A stretch of DNA of 64,000 nt from Laetmonice hystrix (Eukaryota): positions 8,062,001 through 8,126,000 of the forward strand of contig OZ249436.1 of the NCBI GenBank assembly GCA_965235115.1, written 5' to 3'. Position numbers and translations under genes: made by a program. Below the pieces are notes generated by a model, which was given only the letters and a program-made list of their open reading frames with translations, was not told the DNA's origin and did not search any database. Shown here one piece after another: positions 57,601 to 64,000 of this stretch (positions are counted from its first letter, which is position 1; each line of letters starts with the position of its first letter).

Positions 57601-59284
57601 CCCCCCCATGTAAAAACACATTTTTCTAAACAATAGCCTAATTTGTGCATGTGTAATGCAGACAAAAAGGTGGATGAGTCATAACACATACAAGTTTTGA
57701 TTTTTATTCCCACCCGGCACTCACTAACTAGTAGTCAGTGACTACAGTCACTATATTGACACTGACTAGGTCATCGCTGCTGCTGTCGGCCTCCTGGGCC
57801 AGGTTTTTAGTTTGGAAACAAGACTGAACTCTTGTTTTGAGAGCTTCTTATTGGTCCTTCAAAGGAAGTCAGCCAATGAGAGACCATAACAGAAGTCAGC
57901 CTTAAGATTCCAGAACTAAAAACCGGCGCCTGGGGTGCAGGTGGGTGGGTATTTGGGGTTTTACGCCTTGTAACAGCCAGGGGTGACAACCTTCTGCCAG
58001 CGACAGACAGCTTGGCTGGGGTCGAAAATGTCCACCGTGTCCACCCCTAGTGTGGAATGGAATAATCAATCACTGCGCTCTGGATGGATCATCCCATTCC
58101 ATGAATAGGGAAGGCAGAGTACACAGTCTGTGGACTGCTGTGACACACGTGTGGCTCGCCCAGTTAGAAGGTCATCGCTGGCGCAAGACGGCAAATCATC
58201 CAATGCGCCCGGCGGGCGCATAGGGTCATCATGTGGATGCGCCCGGAGCAAAAATAATGCGGCATGCCGCATGCCGCACCGCTAATTTTACACCCTGCAT
58301 GGCTAGTATGCTGCAGCTTAGACGTGGACACCCTTAACAGCTTCGCATTAAGGATGTGGGACAAGCCATAGAGAATTTACCAAATGCGTGGGTTGGCTCG
58401 GTTTCAACGCCGATTTCAAACCCCTGTCGCGATGTCTACTTACAATAAAATGCCCATGTTAATGTGTATAGTGTTCGCTAGGATCTTGGTCAAGGAATTG
58501 TCTATTCCGAAGGTGATTTTGACTTGTCAGGCCTTTTGTTGTAAGTTCAGTCCGACTTTTTAAAACTCTCCATCGCGATGATAACATGAATCAGCTGGTT
58601 CCGGTTCCATTTGCACATGCGCAGTACCGACAGACAACAATGGCGGACAGGAACGGATCTTCGATTTGCTTCGGTTCAGGGTATAAAAACGGCCGTAATA
58701 TATTACAGAAGGAGCGCATTACTTCCTAAACTATGCGCTGCACGTCGTCAGATGTAAATGGAAGCAATCATGTATTCGTAGAGATATGAATCGGTGCCGT
58801 TTCTTTATTTGAAGGGATTTTGCAAATTCTCTATGACGTTTCTAACGACCCTAACACGCTAGTGTATAGCCTACTATAGGGGAGAGTCAACGGCTAGCTG
58901 CAGCTATGCGTATGGCCCTGAGTCTGACTTGACAGCTCAACAATGATTGTGAAACTGGGACTTGGGTGAAACCATCCTAAGTAATACTAATAGAAGTTAT
59001 ACCAACTCTACAACATTAGATTTCACTGGCAACTTGGGGTACAACTTATGTCATGATCAAGAGAGTGAGTCTTTCTGTGCCCTGTCAAGTGTCAGACAGG
59101 TAAACTTGAAACGGGCCGCTGAAACAAGTCTAGACATACCCCAACGCCAACCCCGTTTGGGCCTAACGTTATCGTCGAACCGATAGCACCACCACTCTTT
59201 GTGCACAGTCAGAATACAAACGCTAAACACAATCTTACCTTCCATAACTGAGACCACCACCAGGAACTTGTCCTTCTCGCCCAT
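45673..59284 (-). CDS. CEP120: Centrosomal protein of 120 kDa (three C2 domains and a C-terminal coiled coil), complete, 21 coding exons, about 1054 aa
   Basis: Exons on - strand, all GT-AG with consistent phases, 3165 nt in total: 59239-59284 ([16 protein letters not shown]), 55666-55934 ([49 protein letters not shown]), 53649-53796, 53136-53314, 52507-52698 ([27 protein letters not shown]), 51897-52016 ([11 protein letters not shown]), 51437-51535, 50579-50879, 50199-50357, 49786-49897 ([10 protein letters not shown]), 49416-49565, 49071-49188, 48640-48707, 48157-48412 ([12 protein letters not shown]), 47964-48053, 47670-47762, 47311-47423, 47089-47137, 46765-46887, 46148-46392, 45673-45907 ([30 protein letters not shown]). 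An in-frame upstream ATG at 59302 is an alternative start. Confidence 0.95.
54737..54910. mobile_element. MITE in CEP120 intron 2
   Basis: Terminal inverted repeats CAGGCTTTCCTG / CAGGAAACCCTG (1 mismatch), flanking 5-bp duplication TTTGG, poly-G interior. Confidence 0.65.
57470..58297. mobile_element. non-autonomous DNA transposon in CEP120 intron 1
   Basis: Perfect 14-bp terminal inverted repeats CAGGGTGTAAAATT / AATTTTACACCCTG, flanking 5-bp duplication CATGG, internal TGCGCCCGG repeats. Confidence 0.7.
57948..57982 (-). mobile_element. 3' tail fragment of the same SINE family
   Basis: GGTATTTGGGGTTTTACGCCTTGTAACAGCCAGGG, 34/35 identical to the array SINE end. Confidence 0.7.
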
Positions 59285-60173
59285 TTTGGCCGCTTGTTTC
59301 ATCGTAAATACTTTACGTTTGTTCTTATTGAATATGTACTTTCAGCGAAACTAATCTCTTTTGAAAACAGCCGCCATACTTGATAACACCGGAAACGGAA
59401 ATTACACATTCTGGTACCACTGCTACGTCACTTCCCTAACCTCATCAACGTCTCAACTCATGTGTCTATCCCAATAAAAGAATAGTTTATAAAATAGAAA
59501 AATGTATTTTTCCTCACATAAGACTTATGTTATACCTGATGTTCCGTAATTATTGTAAAACAAACATTTTTGTGAACCGGTTTACGCCCATGGAGACGGG
59601 ATTCCCCCGACTTGCGCACTCGGTCAGACCCAATCACAAATTTTTGTTCCAACGCACACAAAATACTCCCCTATAATTTTATAAAAAGCATGATATAATC
59701 AACACCTTTTTCAGTTATTGCTCATTTATGAGCTATTGCAGAGATTATTATGAACCATACGGATCAAAATGGTGCATGTCTCTACAAATATATCTTATTA
59801 CGCGCATTGATATAAGGTTATCGTCGTAAGTGATGTGCACGACAAGGGTAGGGAAGTTGAATGGATGGAAAAGATATATTTTGATAGAATTTTAGATATA
59901 TTGTAGTGGTCTATACACCTTTCGTGATCGCATGGGCTCGACAAGTGTCATATAGGAGTATTCGGGGTACTTTCGAGCATACCGGGATGGTACAATGATC
60001 AATCTGTGTCGTGCTTCAGGCCTGGAAAGAGTGACACCCGGTAGCTGAGACAAGGTGTGCGGCTGGAGACCGAGTGCGCCTTGTTCTTCGCCCAGTCATT
60101 CTAAACGGAGCACATTTTCATCGGCATCCTTGGATTATAGGCCTATTTTATAGGCATTATTTAACAAACCAAA
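59285..60173. promoter_or_regulatory. CEP120/CSNK1G divergent intergenic region, likely bidirectional promoter and 5'UTRs
   Basis: 889 bp between the divergent ATGs; YY1-like CCGCCAT at 59371, ETS-like CCGGAA at about 59389, CRE-like TACGTCA at about 59424. Confidence 0.55.
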
Positions 60174-62466
60174 ATGACTAGTGTTCAAAAACCGGATCGT
60201 TCGCGGGGACAGGACGATCCAACTTCGAGAAGACCCTCCAAACCAGGTGGTAGGATGTCTCACACGAGCCGACCAACCACGGGAAACCAAGGAGTGCTGA
60301 TGGTGGGCCCAAACTTCAGGGTCGGCAAGAAAATTGGCTGTGGTAACTTTGGAGAACTCCGGCTAGGTACGTGTCAACTCGTAGTTTGCAATAACGTGTA
60401 GGCTATACAGTTTAATTTCTAATAAAGCAGTTTTGAGGCAAGAAAATGAATGTTGTAGGATTATTGAGGTTGAACTAAGCAAAGTGTAGTGGCTTCTCCC
60501 TGATCATGACATGATCTGTCAAAATCGACTGGTACCAAAAATAGGCTAAATGTTTCCTATTTGTTGTGTCTTCCAGGAAAGAATCTGTACAACAATGAAC
60601 ATGTGGCCATTAAGTTGGTAAGTACCATTCTGGAAGAGTTAAGAATATGTGAGTGACACCCGGTAAGTCGCGAAGGAATATTATAACCGTATTGGGGGCA
60701 GACATTTTTTAAAGGACACGGTTGATCAAGGTAGACTCTATCCCACCAACAAACGAAAGGTGTGCAAAATCATACAATTTATTCAGTAGCCGAAGCCATG
60801 CCCTGGCCTGCAGGGGGGGGGAGGTCCCACCATAACCAGTACCCAAAGCAATGCCCTGGCCTGTGGAGGGCGGGGAGGTCCCTCCATAACCAGTACCCAA
60901 TGCAATGCCCTGGCCTGTGGGGGGGTCGGGGAAGGTCCCACCATAACTAGCCTCTAACATAGGCCGTATACACGGCCTATCCTCTAGCGAACGGGCTACG
61001 AGACCAAACGTTCTAGCGCAGACTGAATGTGCTTCCGCACCTCTTCCATCACTTCAAATAAAAGATTGCCTTTACCTTCAGCTACTGAGCCCAATGAACT
61101 TACTTGGTGTTCCTCTAAGCAACAGATTCGGCCCATTTTCCAAACCAAGCGACCACTTTCCATAGTCTTACAACCGGCGCCATTTCTGTAAATCCACATC
61201 CGGGGTCAAGCTCACGAAGGGAGCAGTCATTTCAAACGTTGGCTATTAGTTTGGCGCCATAATGGAGGAATTGCTGTTTGGTCTAGAATAATGACTGCTC
61301 CCCTGCTGGTCGCCAGTGTGCATGTTTTGAACATGCGCAGTAGAACAAACAGTATGACAGCTAACGGCAGTGAACCAGCGCGATTCGAAATTTCGAAAGT
61401 CTGATTTATTAAAACTTTGGGCAAAAATCCTCGGAAAAGTGTGCAGCAGAGGAACAGAAGATGGGCTGCGTTAGAATTGACACCTCAACTGGCAGTAGTT
61501 ACGATGGATTTTGCACAGCGAGTGATTGACATCGGAGGTAGGGTTTTTCGGGTTAACGCTGTCCGTCCCTACACTGGGGACGATACTCCGTCTAACCATA
61601 ACCAGTATTTTAGGTAACAGGCTGTGCAGCTGGTTTTTCCGCAGTCCATTTGACAAAAACACATCTGATACTTTGCCCTGGATGAGAAAACGATAACGAT
61701 GAAAGTGGTACAGGGGTCGACAAATCACATTTTGAAACTTGCCCTCAGACAGCCAAGTGCTCTCTAAAAGTAATGAGTTGGAAAAATCAAAGAAGTTTAT
61801 CAAGTGTATCAGCAACAATACCTACTCCTGTTTTAATTAATCCATATTTATTATTTATGAGAAAAGCTAGAATTGGTAGTCCTCAGGACTGCTGGGCTAC
61901 TGTAATAGCGGTGTTCCACTGCCATGCTCCATACAGACTGCCTTTGATGGTGGCATGTCAGGGGTTGAGTGCACATAATCTTGACTAAATATAATAAAGA
62001 CACACCACCTGGCTCTAGGTAAGCCATCATATATCCACTCACAGGCCCCAAATTACACGACATCATCGATGGCAATTGCCGTCGTGTCCTTTCCATTTGC
62101 TGTGGTGCTCACTTATTTTTTGCCTCATCGACGGCAGTCCAGTGCTGTGATGCCCTTTTCCCTTGCTGTCGTGTGCCCTTCAGCTGTAATCGGCCATCAC
62201 CGACAGGTCTCGATCCCCTCCTGATCGCCAACACCACTACTCCAAATTGTGAAGAGTTCCTTGTTTTAACTGTTAAGCCATTAATTCGAAAAAGTTTTAT
62301 TCAACATACAAGTAAAAATATCCAGTTGATGACGGTTCGTGAGAATCAACCATATGAGTCATGACTTCCAATTCCATGCATTTTTTTTCCTTTCAGGAAC
62401 CAATGAAATCAAGAGCACCTCAGTTGCATTTGGAATACAGATTCTACAAACAATTAGGTCAAGCAG
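60174..62466 (+). CDS. CSNK1G: Casein kinase 1 gamma (gilgamesh/CSNK1G), first three coding exons; the gene presumably continues beyond the window
   Basis: Exons 60174-60366 (..[26 protein letters not shown]), 60577-60617 ([13 protein letters not shown]), 62397-62466 ([21 protein letters not shown]); CK1gamma-diagnostic N-lobe sequence with consistent phases. Confidence 0.95.
60799..60948. repeat. ~54-bp minisatellite, about 3 copies
   Basis: Unit approximately ATGCCCTGGCCTGTGG..GGAGGTCCCACCATAACCAGTACCCAA. Confidence 0.85.
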
Positions 62467-64000
62467 GTAAGCCATTTTCCATTTTATTTGATAAAAAATG
62501 TACGGTATTGAGTTTGTCAAAAATGTACACTGTTCGCATTTACAGTGTGGCTAAGCTGCTCTGGGGCTGGCAATACGCTCCTCCAGGAATAGAAATTAAA
62601 GGCCCTATTCGTCTGAATCGCTTTTCTAGCTTTCTTTCTGTACTTATGCAGGTATCGAAATTAGCAAGAGCCCGGGAGCCGAAGCTCCCAAATTTGTTGC
62701 CGGGCTCCCAAAACTCGCCCACACACGGGCCCGATGGGCCCCAGGATTTTCGGGGTTATCTTATAAAGAAAACCTAGATGTAGCTCTGAAAGTGACAGTC
62801 TCACTGATAACTAGAATCATTCAACACTTCTCAGAACTCTTCCACCAAATGGGATTCTTTGGCCTTTATACAGGTATTTAGGTCATTCGTTAGATTGATG
62901 CAGATTCCTTGAGAAAAGCTAACTTAGTCAGTAGGGGCCTATATTGGGGGGGGGGGGGGGGTATATATCGTCCAGGCAATGCAGGTTTTCATACTGTTAT
63001 CAACTTCCCCATTTTCATGCCTCAGGTTTAAATAATCTTTTCAAGCCATCAGATAGGTTGACAGCTAGTCAGTACCAGGTGTTGCATATTTAGAGAATAA
63101 ATAAATGGATGTCCTATAAACACTTTGCCGTTGGCATTGCTACATTGCTACAATTTGCTGGCATTGCTAAACAAAGTTGTAAAATTGAAGGCCTCCAGAT
63201 TTTTTGCCAGGCTTCCAGATTTCAAATTCTGGGAGCCTGGCTGGCTCCCAGATCTTTCTAACCCTGGTTCAAGTGGTTGTGAATCCCAGTTAGTACATAG
63301 ATCTAGGTATTTCTAAATTGTCATGACAGACAGTATGTGTCTTCATGACAGTTACTGAGTAAGTTTTATCTCGAGCTGCTGGTTATTACAAAATAACACA
63401 CTTGCCTGAGAAAATATTTGCCCTCCTGGTATCACTAGTTCTGAAGCACTCTACTGAAATTATTGATGCGATAACAAACTAAACAATTATGGTTCCTGGG
63501 CCTACAGAGCATCGGCCATGAAAGTAGGGAACTATCATTGTGAAGGCAGAATGAAGAATGGCAATAGACTTAGAATGTTGGTCAGGGTACATTGATAAAT
63601 GATGGCTGAAATTGAGAAAGAAAAACAATAAAGTTAGATGACTAAAATAGCATTAAACTTGTGTCCAGTGAGCCTTTTTGTCTGACCGGTGTGGCCCTTT
63701 CATGAATCAGGAGGTAAAAATGGTTATGAAATTGGAGCTTGGGGGGGGGGGGGTGAGAGAAAAGAAAATTGAACGATTGTTATTTTTAATATTGCCAGAA
63801 ACTATCATTTAATAGCAACGAGGCTTGTCAAAAATCATATTTGGATCGCCGCAAGGCCTCTACGTATATAGTTCACCTTTCAATCACAGTAGCACTACTG
63901 TGGTTGGAAATAAATGTCCCCCCATTCCAAGAAGTCATATATTATAATTTATATGTTGAACATGACAACCGTGTCCAAATCACTGGCTTCAGCATGTCAG

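Noticed and set aside
60996..61620. Exon-like segments with donor sites in CK1gamma intron 2
   Set aside because: Phases do not fit the kinase exons and no product is recognisable

Overview
AT-rich invertebrate animal genomic DNA with GT-AG introns. The SINE type suggests a lophotrochozoan, but that is an inference. It holds three conserved genes: the 3' part of groucho/TLE (+, exons from 609 to the stop at 18834, 3'UTR to about 20.75 kb), a complete 21-exon CEP120 (-, 45673-59284, about 1054 aa), and the first three coding exons of casein kinase 1 gamma (+, from 60174), head-to-head with CEP120. Between the convergent 3' ends of groucho and CEP120 lies a ~21.3 kb tandem array: 23 full units of 840 bp (8 of them enlarged to 1053 bp by a SINE insertion), followed by a 24th unit that turns into a strongly diverged homologue. 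Main observations: (1) an old duplicated 102-nt exon pair in the groucho WD40 domain, probably spliced mutually exclusively; (2) the array unit shows extensive plus-strand base-pairing that is partly kept in the diverged copy, and includes a ~100-nt segment with spliced-leader/Sm-RNA-like architecture, so it may be an unannotated ncRNA array (unproven); (3) clustered let-7 and miR-125 seed sites in the groucho 3'UTR; (4) many CTCF-like motifs across groucho; (5) CEP120-CK1gamma microsynteny shared with human. All structures were derived by eye; no searches or folding programs were run.
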